Assembly: GCA_964591015.1 (NCBI GenBank)
Contig: CAZPXM010000006.1
Location: 1-63,304 of the forward strand
DNA length: 63,304 nucleotides
Direction: 5' to 3'
Source of the DNA: an uncultured Gemmatimonadaceae bacterium
GTDB taxonomy: Bacteria > Latescibacterota > UBA2968 > UBA8231
Position numbers and translations under genes: made by a program. How positions within the stretch are numbered: the first letter of the stretch is position 1; each line of letters starts with the position of its first letter. The notes beneath the pieces are model-generated. The model was not told the origin of the DNA and did not search any database. It saw only the letters and a list, made by a program, of their open reading frames with translations. Below are positions 37,022-46,013 of the stretch, in pieces.

Positions 37022-37822
37022 CTACGCGTCCTGCCCGGCGGGCACGATCACGCTGATCCGCTCGATGCCCACCGCGCGCCCCGACGTCGGCTCGACCTGG
37101 ACCAGGGCACCGCGGAATGCCGCGTCGCCCTCGGCGGGCTGCAGGCGCACCGGCGTCTGGGTGAGAAAGCGCTGGATGGCCAGTTCGGGACGCACGCCGA
37201 TCACCGAGTCGATCGCCCCGGTCATGCCCGCGTCGGTCAGGTAGGCCGTGCCCCCCGGCAGCACGCGCTCGTCGGCCGTCTGCACGTGGGTGTGCGTGCC
37301 GATGACGGCCGACACGCACCCGTCCAGGTACCATGCCAGGGCGACCTTCTCGGCGGTCGCCTCGGCATGGAAGTCGATGAAGACGACGGGCGTGCGCGCC
37401 CGCAGCCGCTCCACCTCGGCGCGCGCGGCATGGAAGGGGCAGTCGATGGGCGGGAGCGAGGTGCGGCCCTGCAAGTTGATGACGCCGACCCACGGTCCCG
37501 AGCGCGCCTGGATCAACGTCGAGCCGCTGCCGGGCGCCTCCACCGGGTAGTTGAGCGGCCGGAGCACGCGGTCCGTGCGCTGCAGATAGGGGATGAACTC
37601 CTTGCGGTCCCAGACGTGGTTGCCGCTGGTGATGACGTCCACGCCGTAACTGCGCAGCTTGTCCACGGTGTTCTCGGTCAGACCGAAGCCGCCTGCCGCA
37701 TTCTCGCCATTGGCGATCACCAGATCGACGGCGCGCTCGCGGATGAACCGGGGGATTTGCTCGGCGGCAGCGCGGCGCCCTGCCTGCCCGAACACGTCGG
37801 CGACGAAGAGGATGGTGAGCAC
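37022..37822 (-). CDS. ymdB: YmdB-family (TIGR00282-type) metallophosphoesterase
   Basis: ANGENAAGG, TSGNH, DFHAEATAEK, GTHTHVQTADE; directly downstream of rny. Confidence 0.94.
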   Translation of the reverse strand: MLTILFVADVFGQAGRRAAAEQIPRFIRERAVDLVIANGENAAGGFGLTENTVDKLRSYGVDVITSGNHVWDRKEFIPYLQRTDRVLRPLNYPVEAPGSGSTLIQARSGPWVGVINLQGRTSLPPIDCPFHAARAEVERLRARTPVVFIDFHAEATAEKVALAWYLDGCVSAVIGTHTHVQTADERVLPGGTAYLTDAGMTGAIDSVIGVRPELAIQRFLTQTPVRLQPAEGDAAFRGALVQVEPTSGRAVGIERISVIVPAGQDA

Positions 37823-37834
37823 GCGCGGCTCCTG

Positions 37835-39397
37835 TCAGCGGGCGTAGTGCACGGCGCGCACCTCGCGGATCACGCACACCCGGATCTGGCCGGGGCGTTC
37901 GAGCTGCTTCTCCAGTTTGTCCGCGATCTCGTCCGCCAGCTGCTCGGCGTACACGTCGTCGACGGCGTCGCTGTCCACCATGACGCGGACCTCGCGGCCG
38001 TTCTGCAGGGCGTACGCCTGGCGGACGCCGAAGTGCGCCCGCGCGATGTCCTCGATCGCGCGGAGCCGCCGGACGTATTCGTCGACCTTGTCCTTGCGCG
38101 CCCCGGGCCGGTTCAGCGAGATCTCGTTGGCGGCCTCCACCAGGACGGCGACCAGCGTGCGGGAGGGCAGCCGCTGGTTGTGCGTCTCGATCACCTCGAT
38201 CACCTCGGGGCTCTCGCCGCACTTGCGCGCCAGCGCGGCGCTGGCCTGCGCCGCGTCCGCACCGATCTCGAAGTCGAAGGCCTTGGCAGTGTCGTGCAGG
38301 AGCCCGGCGCGTCTGGCCAGGGCGGCGTCGACGTCCAGCTCCGCCGCCATCATGCCCGCCAAGGTCGCCACTTCCTTGCTGTGCTCCAGCAGGTTCTGGC
38401 CGTAGCTGGTGCGGAAGCGGAGCTGCCCGATGGCCTCCAGGAGCGGTTCGGCCAGATCATGGATCCCGAGGTCGAAGGCCGCCTTGGAGCCGGACTCGCG
38501 CGTCAATTCCTGCACGTCCTGACGCGCCTTCTCGTACACCTCTTCGATGCGCCCGGGATGGATCCGGCCGTCCTGGATCAGCCGCTCGAGCGTCGTGCGG
38601 GCGATCTCCCGCCGCATGGGGTCGAACCCGGACAGCATGACCATGCCCGGCGTGTCGTCGACCACGACCTCGACGCCCGTGATCAACTCGAACGAGCGGA
38701 TGTTCCGGCCGTCGCGGCCGATGATGCGTCCCTTCATCTCGTCGGTGGGAAGCCGGATCACCGAGACGGTGCTCTCGACCGCCATCGCGCCGGCGAAGCG
38801 CTGGATGGCGCTGACGACGATCTCCTTGGCATGCTGGTTCGCGTTGGCGATCGCGTCGTCCTTGATCTCGCGCACGCGCCGTGCTGCATGCTGGCGGGCG
38901 CTGTGCTCGAGTTCGCGGATGAGGGCCAGCCGGGCCTCGGCCTGGGTCATGCCGGCCAGGCGCTCGAGCTGCCGGGTCTGCTCGGCCACCAGCTCGTTCG
39001 CCCGGGCCTGCCGGGCCGCCACCTCGGCTTCGCGCTGCTCGAGGTCGTGCTCCGCCTCGATGAGGCCGCGCTCCTTGCTCTCCAGGACGTCGACCTTGCG
39101 GTCGAGCTGCTGCTCGCGCTCCTGGAGCTGCGTCTCCAGCTCCCGCAGGGCGCGCCGCGAGTTCTCCAGCTCGCGCTCCGCTGGTTCGCGTTCGCGGCGC
39201 CACTCGTCGCGGGCTTCGAGCACCGCGGTCTTCTTCAGCGCTGCGACCGCTTCCTGAGCCTCGGCGATCAGGCGCTCGGCCATGGCCTTGGCGCTGTCGA
39301 GCCGGCGCCGCCGCACCCTCTCCCAGAGGAGATACCCGGACACCAGCCCCGAGGCGAAGCAGACCAGCGCCAGGGCGATGCCTTGTGCAAGGGTCAT
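37835..39397 (-). CDS. rny: Ribonuclease Y (HD domain partly degenerate)
   Basis: N-terminal TM plus coiled coil, KH domain MKGRIIGRDGRNIR, DGRIHPGRIEE, RTSYGQN, LLHD, RPGAR, GREVRVMV. Confidence 0.95.
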   Translation of the reverse strand: MTLAQGIALALVCFASGLVSGYLLWERVRRRRLDSAKAMAERLIAEAQEAVAALKKTAVLEARDEWRREREPAERELENSRRALRELETQLQEREQQLDRKVDVLESKERGLIEAEHDLEQREAEVAARQARANELVAEQTRQLERLAGMTQAEARLALIRELEHSARQHAARRVREIKDDAIANANQHAKEIVVSAIQRFAGAMAVESTVSVIRLPTDEMKGRIIGRDGRNIRSFELITGVEVVVDDTPGMVMLSGFDPMRREIARTTLERLIQDGRIHPGRIEEVYEKARQDVQELTRESGSKAAFDLGIHDLAEPLLEAIGQLRFRTSYGQNLLEHSKEVATLAGMMAAELDVDAALARRAGLLHDTAKAFDFEIGADAAQASAALARKCGESPEVIEVIETHNQRLPSRTLVAVLVEAANEISLNRPGARKDKVDEYVRRLRAIEDIARAHFGVRQAYALQNGREVRVMVDSDAVDDVYAEQLADEIADKLEKQLERPGQIRVCVIREVRAVHYAR

Positions 39398-39654
39398 GTG
39401 GGACTCCTGTCTCCAGGCCTGGCTGAACGGCTGGCCGCCGCGGCGGACTCGCGATGACGCGCGGTGAGCCGGAAGGAGAGACGGGCGCGGGCTGCGCCAC
39501 GGCGCCAGCTGCTCCCTGCAGCAGCGAGCGGCCGGATCCCGCTCGCGGGACGAGCGGCCAGGAGTGACAGAGCGAATCCCGCAGGACCGACCGCCGGCTG
39601 AACGCGGCCGGCGAGGCCGGGGGATCGAGCGGACAGCGGGCCAGTGTGCCGCCT

Positions 39655-39990
39655 TCAGCCGCGTTCCGAGCTCAGCGCTTCGTGCCGCTGCTCCTCGAAG
39701 AGGCGGCCGAGCGAGGCGGTCAGGCGCGAGGTGCGTTGCGCGATGTCCGCCTCGGCAGCCTGGTACTCTGCCTGCAGGCCGAGCAGCTCCTCGGCCAGCT
39801 GGAGTCCGGCAAGGATGGCGGTGTGCACGGGCGGAGCGTAACGGTCAGCCGACCGCACGGCCTGCATCGCGGCGTCGACGAACTGGGCGACCTCCTGAAC
39901 GTGCTCCGGCGTCTGCCCCGGCTGGAGCGCGATGGCGTATTTCTTGCCGTTGATGCTGACTACTACGGTCGAATCGCTGGCTGCTGGCAT
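39655..39990 (-). CDS. zapA: Cell division protein ZapA
   Basis: VSINGKKY..EVAQFVDAAM..AILAGLQLAEEL; pheT-zapB-zapA-rny synteny; GAGGAG RBS. Confidence 0.88.
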   Translation of the reverse strand: MPAASDSTVVVSINGKKYAIALQPGQTPEHVQEVAQFVDAAMQAVRSADRYAPPVHTAILAGLQLAEELLGLQAEYQAAEADIAQRTSRLTASLGRLFEEQRHEALSSERG

Positions 39991-40075
39991 CGCCCCTGGC
40001 TCCTCAGGGCCCGTGGCTCTTTGCACGCTGCGACCGCACCGGTTGCTGCCCTGCCGCGCCTGTGACCGCGAACGA

Positions 40076-40333
40076 TCAGACCTCCACGGCGTCCAGCTTG
40101 GCCAGCAAGCTCTCGATACGGCTGCGAATGATCTCGCGGCTCTTGGTGATCTCCTGGAACTGCTCCTCCACCTGTCTGAGGCGGGCATTCTCGGCACGAA
40201 GCTGCGCGATCTCGCCTTCCGTGCCATCCAGGCGAGTCTTCAACTCGCGGTTCTCTTGGCGCAGAGCGGTCAGAATCTCGACCAGACGACCCACTTCCTG
40301 TTCCAGACGCTCGAAGTGGCTGTCCACTGCCAT
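40076..40333 (-). CDS. Coiled-coil ZapB-like protein
   Basis: 85-aa heptad-repeat protein (FERLEQEV..LRQENRELK..IRSRIESLLAKL) directly upstream of zapA. Confidence 0.78.
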   Translation of the reverse strand: MAVDSHFERLEQEVGRLVEILTALRQENRELKTRLDGTEGEIAQLRAENARLRQVEEQFQEITKSREIIRSRIESLLAKLDAVEV

Positions 40334-40384
40334 GGTGTCGGTGTTCTCCCCTGGATGCCGTACCTGCGGTTGTCCGCGCCGGGC

Positions 40385-42763
40385 TCACTGCCGCAGCTCG
40401 GCACCCACTTCTGCGCTCAGGCGAGCCACGATCCGCGCCATCTCGCCATCCGCCTGCCTGTCCTCCAAGGTGCCGGTCGCAGACCGCAGGCAGACCGAGA
40501 AGGCCATGCTCTTGTGCCCGGGGGGAATCTGGCCGCCGCGGTACACGTCGAAGAGCGCGACGGACTCCAGCAGCGCCGGCGATGCCGCCCGGACGTGCTG
40601 GCAGATGCACTCCCAGGTGACGCTCTCGGGCACGACCACCGCCAGGTCCCGCTCGATGGCGGGGTACTTCGGCAGCGGCCGGAACGAGGGCCTGGGCTGC
40701 GCCCAGACCTGCGCCAGGGCATCGAGCTCGAGTTCAAAGATATGGGCTGGACGATCCAGATCAAACCAGCTCGCCAGCGGCGGGTTCACCTCGCCGAGGA
40801 TGCCGCACGGGACGCCCTCGACCTCCACGCGGGTGCTCCGGCCGGGGCGCAGCATGGGGCTGTCCGCTGGCACCAGGCGCAGATTCCGTCCGTCGAGCAG
40901 GTCTTCCAGCGCTCCCTTGAGGTCGAGCAGGTCCACGTCGCGCTGGTCGGCCTGCCACGTCGAACGCGTGGCGCGACCGATCCACAGCAGCCCGAGTCGC
41001 CGGTACTCGCGGTGGGCGCGCTGGCCGGCTTCCTGCCGGAAGCAGGTGCCGATCTCGAAGATCGCGACGCGGTCGAGGCGCCGGCGCAGATTGCGCCGCG
41101 CCACGTCCAGCAGGCTGGTGCACAGCGCGGTCCGCAGGCGCGACAGGGCTTCCGAGGGCGGATTGGCCAGCGCCAGAGCCCCGCTCTCGCCCGCCAGCTC
41201 GAGCCAGCGCTGCTCGATGACCGTGTTCGTGGTCACCTCGTCGAAGCCGAGCCCGACGGCTCGCTGGCACAGCTCGCGTTCGAGGCGCTGGGCGACCGTC
41301 GGCGGGCGCAGCCACTCGCCCCTGGCCGCCGCGCGTCCCTCGATGCCGTCGTAGCCGTGGATTCTGCCCACCTCCTCGATCAGGTCCACCTCGCGCTGCA
41401 GGTCGGGCCGATAGGAAGGAACCTGGACCTGCAGCACCGGGCCCTCGAGCGCAACCGTGCAGCCGAGCCGGCGCAGGGTAGCGGCCATCTGCGCCGCGGT
41501 GAGGCTGGTGGCGAGCAGTGCGTTCGCCCGGGCGGCGCGCAGCCGCACCGTGGGCGTCTCCAGCGGCGCGACGATCGCGTCGATCGGCTCCGGAGCCGGC
41601 TGACCGCCCGCGAGCCGGGCGATGAGGTGGGCGGCACGGGCGACGGCCACCGGGGTCATCGCCCAGTCCACGCCCCGCTCGAAGCGCAGGCTCGCCTCCG
41701 TGCTCACCGCCAGCCGCTTGGCGCCGGCGCGCACCCGCCGCCGCTCGAAGTAGGCTCCCTCGATGAGGATGTCGGTCGTCTGCTCGCTGACCTGCGAGGC
41801 GCTGCCGCCCATGATTCCCGCCAGGGCCACCGGCTGGGCGGCATCGGCGATCACCAGCACCTCCTCGTCGAGGGCGCGGAGCTGCCCATCGAGGGTCTCC
41901 AGCCGCTCGCCGGAACGGGCGCGGCGCACGACGATCTGGGCCCCGTCGAGGCGGGACAGGTCGAACGCATGCAGCGGCTGCCCGAGCTCGAACAGCACGT
42001 AGTTCGTGACATCGACGACGTTGTTGATCGGGCGCTGCCCGATGGCGCGCAGGCGCCGCTGCAGCCACGCGGGCGACGGGCCGACGCGGACGCCCCGCAC
42101 CACCTGGCCCACGTACCGCGGGCAGTCGGCGGGGGCCTCGATGCGGATCTGCACGGAGTCCCGGCAGGCCGGGCCGCCCGGCGCCAGCTCCACCGGCGGC
42201 AGGCGGACGGCGGCGCCGGTGAGCGCGCGCACCTCCCGGGCGAGGCCCATGGCGCTGAGGCAGTCGGGGCGGTTGGGCGTCACCTCGAACTCGAGGACCA
42301 CGTCGTCCAGTCCCAGCGCCTCGGCCAGCGGCGTGCCGGGCACCAGCGCCGGGTCCAGCACCATGATCCCTCGATGGTCGTCGCCCAGTCCCAGTTCGTC
42401 CTCGGCGCAGATCATGCCGGCCGACAGGACGCCGCGGATGCGCGCCGCCTCGATCTGGAGGCCGCCGGCGAGCCTGGCGCCGGGCAGCGCCACGGGAACC
42501 TTCTGGCCGGCGGCCACGTTGGGAGCGCCGCAGACGACCTCGGCCGTCTGGTTCCCCAGCTCCACGGTGCAGACCGACAGCCGGTCGGCGCGCGGATGAG
42601 GCTTGCAGGCGAGCACCTGCCCGACGACCACATGCCGGAGGCCCTCGGCCAGGTCCTCGACGCTCTTGGTCTCGGGGCCGGACATCGTGAGACGCTGGAC
42701 CAGCTCTCGCCAGTCCCATGTGAGGTCGATGAACTCCCCGAGCCAGCGGTAGGTGATCTTCAT
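40385..42763 (-). CDS. pheT: Phenylalanine-tRNA ligase beta subunit
   Basis: MKITYRWL start, HPRADRL, VCGAPNV, VTPNRPDC, NYVLFELGQPLHAFD, DLIEEVGRIHGY, ERDLAVVV. Confidence 0.98.
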   Translation of the reverse strand: MKITYRWLGEFIDLTWDWRELVQRLTMSGPETKSVEDLAEGLRHVVVGQVLACKPHPRADRLSVCTVELGNQTAEVVCGAPNVAAGQKVPVALPGARLAGGLQIEAARIRGVLSAGMICAEDELGLGDDHRGIMVLDPALVPGTPLAEALGLDDVVLEFEVTPNRPDCLSAMGLAREVRALTGAAVRLPPVELAPGGPACRDSVQIRIEAPADCPRYVGQVVRGVRVGPSPAWLQRRLRAIGQRPINNVVDVTNYVLFELGQPLHAFDLSRLDGAQIVVRRARSGERLETLDGQLRALDEEVLVIADAAQPVALAGIMGGSASQVSEQTTDILIEGAYFERRRVRAGAKRLAVSTEASLRFERGVDWAMTPVAVARAAHLIARLAGGQPAPEPIDAIVAPLETPTVRLRAARANALLATSLTAAQMAATLRRLGCTVALEGPVLQVQVPSYRPDLQREVDLIEEVGRIHGYDGIEGRAAARGEWLRPPTVAQRLERELCQRAVGLGFDEVTTNTVIEQRWLELAGESGALALANPPSEALSRLRTALCTSLLDVARRNLRRRLDRVAIFEIGTCFRQEAGQRAHREYRRLGLLWIGRATRSTWQADQRDVDLLDLKGALEDLLDGRNLRLVPADSPMLRPGRSTRVEVEGVPCGILGEVNPPLASWFDLDRPAHIFELELDALAQVWAQPRPSFRPLPKYPAIERDLAVVVPESVTWECICQHVRAASPALLESVALFDVYRGGQIPPGHKSMAFSVCLRSATGTLEDRQADGEMARIVARLSAEVGAELRQ

Positions 42764-42862
42764 CGCCGTTCTGCTTCCCACGCCGAGGTCCGCATCGCGC
42801 GGCGGCCGGGACGGCCTGCCGGGACAGGCGGCCGCCACCGGCCGGGCGCGCGGCCACGGCGT

Positions 42863-43873
42863 TCAGAACTGCTGGTTGAAGCGCAGGTCGTTGTCGAGAA
42901 AGAGGCGGATATCGTCGATCCCGTGCCGGATCATGGCGACCCGTTCCAGCCCCATGCCGAACGCGAACCCGGTGAACTCCTCCGGATCGTAGCCCACCGC
43001 CGTGAACACCGCCGGATCGACCATGCCGGCTCCCGCCACCTCGACCCAGCCCGTGCCCTTGCAGAGGCGACAGGCCGGGTTGCCGCCCCCGCACAGGGAG
43101 CACGAGAAATCGTACTCGACGCTCGGCTCGGTGAACGGGAAGAAGTGCGGCCGGAAGCGCACGCGCGTCTGCTCGCCGAGCAGTTCGCGGGCCATCCTCT
43201 CGATGGTGCCCTTCAGGTCGGCCATTGACACGCCGCGATCGACGGCCAGACCCTCCAGCTGATGGAAGGCGAAGTGGTGGGTGGCATCGACGGCCTCCCG
43301 GCGATAGACCCGTCCGGGCGCGACCACGCGCACCGGCGGCGGGATCTGCTCCATCAGCCGGATCTGCACCGTGGACGTCTGGGTGCGCAGGAGCAGGCCG
43401 TTCTCCAGGTAGAACGTGTCCTGGAGATCGCGCGCGGGGTGGTCGGGCGGCGTGTTCAGCGCGTCGAAGTTGTGGTACTCATCTTCGACTTCGGGCCCCC
43501 ATGCCACCGAGAACCCCATGCGGGCGAAGATGTCGGTCAGTTCGTAGGTCAGGGCGGTGAGGGGATGGACACGGCCCAGCCCCCGCCTGCGCCCGGGCAT
43601 GGTGACATCGAAGGGCGCGTCTTGCCTCTTCTCCTGCAGGATTGCAGCGCGCGCCTCCAGCGCCGCCTGGATGGCCTGCTGCGCGCGGCTGGCGGCGGCG
43701 CCGGCGGCGGGCCGCTCGGGCGGCGGCAGCTGCCCGATCCGCCGCATGGCGGCGTGCAGCAGGCTCTTCCGTCCCAGGTACTGCACGCGCAGCTCGTCCA
43801 GCTCGCTCGGATTCCCGGCGGTCGCGATCCGCGCTACCGCCTCCTGCGCGATCTGCTCGACGTCCTCTGGCAT
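42863..43873 (-). CDS. pheS: Phenylalanine-tRNA ligase alpha subunit
   Basis: NFDALNTPPDHPARDLQDTFY, FRPHFFPFTEPS, GFAFGMGLER. Confidence 0.98.
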   Translation of the reverse strand: MPEDVEQIAQEAVARIATAGNPSELDELRVQYLGRKSLLHAAMRRIGQLPPPERPAAGAAASRAQQAIQAALEARAAILQEKRQDAPFDVTMPGRRRGLGRVHPLTALTYELTDIFARMGFSVAWGPEVEDEYHNFDALNTPPDHPARDLQDTFYLENGLLLRTQTSTVQIRLMEQIPPPVRVVAPGRVYRREAVDATHHFAFHQLEGLAVDRGVSMADLKGTIERMARELLGEQTRVRFRPHFFPFTEPSVEYDFSCSLCGGGNPACRLCKGTGWVEVAGAGMVDPAVFTAVGYDPEEFTGFAFGMGLERVAMIRHGIDDIRLFLDNDLRFNQQF

Positions 43874-43914
43874 CGCCGCTCGGTCCTCGTCGGCCGGTGT
43901 CCGGGAACCGAAAC

Positions 43915-43975
43915 GGAACCGCCGCGCCTGCTCTGCTGCCGCCGACCCCGCACAGAGCAGCGACGCAGCGGTTCC
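43915..43975 (-). terminator. Long stem-loop between rplT and pheS
   Basis: Minus strand GGAACCGCTGCG..CTGCTCTG / CAGAGCAG.CGCGGCGGTTCC, followed by GTTTC. Confidence 0.6.
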
Positions 43976-43993
43976 GCTGGGCCTGCGAACCGA

Positions 43994-44347
43994 CTACAGA
44001 TGCGCCTTGGCCTGGTCGGCGACGGCGCTGAACGCTCCGGGGTCGCGCGCGGCCAGATCCGCCAGGTGTTTGCGGTTCAGCTCCACTCCGGCGCGGCCCA
44101 GACCCCGAATCAGCTGGCTGTACGACAGCCCATTGAGCCGGGCAGCAGCGTTGATGCGGACGATCCACAGACGGCGGAAATCGCGCTTGCGGTTCCGGCG
44201 ATCGCGGTAGGCGTAGGCCTGGGCCCTGTTCAGGGCCTCCTGGGCCGTGCGGTACAGCCGGCTCCGAGCCCCCCAGAAGCCCCGCGTCTTCTTGAGGACC
44301 TTTCTCTTGCGCCGGTTGGTGGCGACGGCGTGCTTGACCCGTGGCAT
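43994..44347 (-). CDS. rplT: 50S ribosomal protein L20
   Basis: [41 protein letters not shown]. Confidence 0.98.
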   Translation of the reverse strand: MPRVKHAVATNRRKRKVLKKTRGFWGARSRLYRTAQEALNRAQAYAYRDRRNRKRDFRRLWIVRINAAARLNGLSYSQLIRGLGRAGVELNRKHLADLAARDPGAFSAVADQAKAHL

Positions 44348-44393
44348 AGAGACCTCTCCGATGTGTCGCTGGCGCGGCGAACCGCGGCCGCGC

Positions 44394-44591
44394 TCACTTC
44401 AGGGCGAGCGCTCGCCGGACCAGATCGCTGTTGGCTGCGGCCACGGGCCTGTCGAGGCGGTACTTCCGCTTGCGTTTGGGCGAGCGGTTGCCGAGGAGGT
44501 GCGTGGCGTACGCCGAACGGCGCTTCAGGCTTCCCGAGGCGCGGCGCTTGAAGCGCTTGGCGGAAGAGCGGTGGGTCTTGATCTTGGGCAT
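44394..44591 (-). CDS. rpmI: 50S ribosomal protein L35
   Basis: [22 protein letters not shown] (tail of ORF 44394..46073); upstream of rplT. Confidence 0.96.
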   Translation of the reverse strand: MPKIKTHRSSAKRFKRRASGSLKRRSAYATHLLGNRSPKRKRKYRLDRPVAAANSDLVRRALALK

Positions 44592-44674
44592 GCGAACCGA
44601 CCTGTTGAGTCGCTGCAGAGCCGCGGCGCCGTGCCGGCTGGGCCAGCCACGGAAGTGACGCATGGAAGGCTCGG

Positions 44675-44702
44675 AAAATATGGGGAGGCCTGCGCCTGTC
44701 AA
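44675..44702 (-). promoter_or_regulatory. Putative sigma70 promoter for rpmI-rplT
   Basis: Minus strand TTGACA-N16-TATTTT. Confidence 0.55.
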
Positions 44703-45083
44703 GCTGGCCACGGTCCGGCGGGCCGCCTCGACTGCGGGCCAACGCACGCAGGCCGGCGCAGCAGCCGGCGGCCGGCCGAGGCCTGTGCCGGCCGCCCGCC
44801 GTGGCGCCGGCGGTCCCGGGTGCATGGACGCGCGGGTGGCGCTCGTCACGATGCTGCGCTGGAGTCTATCTTCTACTCGGCGGTTCATCTGCGGTACTCG
44901 CCTGGTAGCCGTCGCTGCCGGCCGCGCCCCGCTTCGGTGCGGTCCGCCGGCCGTGCGCGGCTGAACAGGTCGGAGACGAGGTCGCGCCGTGCGGGGCGAA
45001 CTGGGCTCGCCACGCCAGCGGTGGGGAGCCGCTGTGTGCCGCAAGGGCATCGGCAGCGGGGTTCCTCGCCGCCGCCACCACCC

Positions 45084-46013
45084 ATGACCGAGAGAGCGAC
45101 AGCCGTGCCAGCGGGTGGCAGTCCAGCGGCGCAGGCACCCGAAGCCGCCAGCCACGTCGGGCGAGCGGGGGGCGCCCCGTGGATCCTGGTGACCAACGAC
45201 GACGGTGTGGACTCGCCCGCCCTGCCGCCCCTGCTGCCCGCGCTGGCCAGCCTGGGGCGGGTGCGCGCGGTGGTGCCTGCGTCCGAATGCAGCTGGACCG
45301 CCAAGATCATGAGCCGGTTCGCCCTCCTCACGCCGCGACTGCAGCGGCGCAGCGAGGCGGAGGTGTGGGGCGTGGACGGGTACCCTGCGGACTGCGCCAA
45401 CCTGGGGATCCACTCGCTCTTCGACTGCCCTCCGGCCCTGGTCGTGTCCGGGGTGAATCTGGGCACCAATGCGGGGCTGGCCTTCGCCCTGAGCTCGGGT
45501 ACGGTCGGGGCGGCCCTCGAGGCAGCGCTGGCCGGAGTGCCGGCGGTCGCCTTCTCCGTGGAGCTGCGGCCGGAGGACTACGCGGAGTGGCGCCGGTGCA
45601 GAGTGCTGCGCGACGAGGCGCGGGAGTTGCTCGAGCGAGGTGCCGCCGTGGCCGCGGAGATCGTGGCCGAGGTCCTGCGAGGAGGATTGCCGGGTGATGC
45701 CTCGCTCATGAGCGTGAACATGCCCAGCTCCCTGCGGCTCGACTCGCCGCGCCGGCTGGCACCGCTGACCGCGACGGCGTACGGACCGTACTTCTCCCGG
45801 CGTGGCGACGGGCGGTTCGGGTACCACTTCTCCGGCCTGCGGATCTGCGCTCCCGCCCCGCAGGGAGATCTGGCTGTCCTCGCCCGCGGCGAGGTCGCGC
45901 TCACCCCCATCCGCCTGGTGCTGGATGCAGCCATATCGGCTGCCGACCGGACCCGGTTCGAGCGCGGCGGCGACTCCGTCGGTCCGGCGCCCGGGGGGAT
46001 CTCGAGCCCATGA
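45084..46013 (+). CDS. surE: 5'/3'-nucleotidase SurE family
   Basis: [41 protein letters not shown]. Confidence 0.92.
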   Translation: MTERATAVPAGGSPAAQAPEAASHVGRAGGAPWILVTNDDGVDSPALPPLLPALASLGRVRAVVPASECSWTAKIMSRFALLTPRLQRRSEAEVWGVDGYPADCANLGIHSLFDCPPALVVSGVNLGTNAGLAFALSSGTVGAALEAALAGVPAVAFSVELRPEDYAEWRRCRVLRDEARELLERGAAVAAEIVAEVLRGGLPGDASLMSVNMPSSLRLDSPRRLAPLTATAYGPYFSRRGDGRFGYHFSGLRICAPAPQGDLAVLARGEVALTPIRLVLDAAISAADRTRFERGGDSVGPAPGGISSP

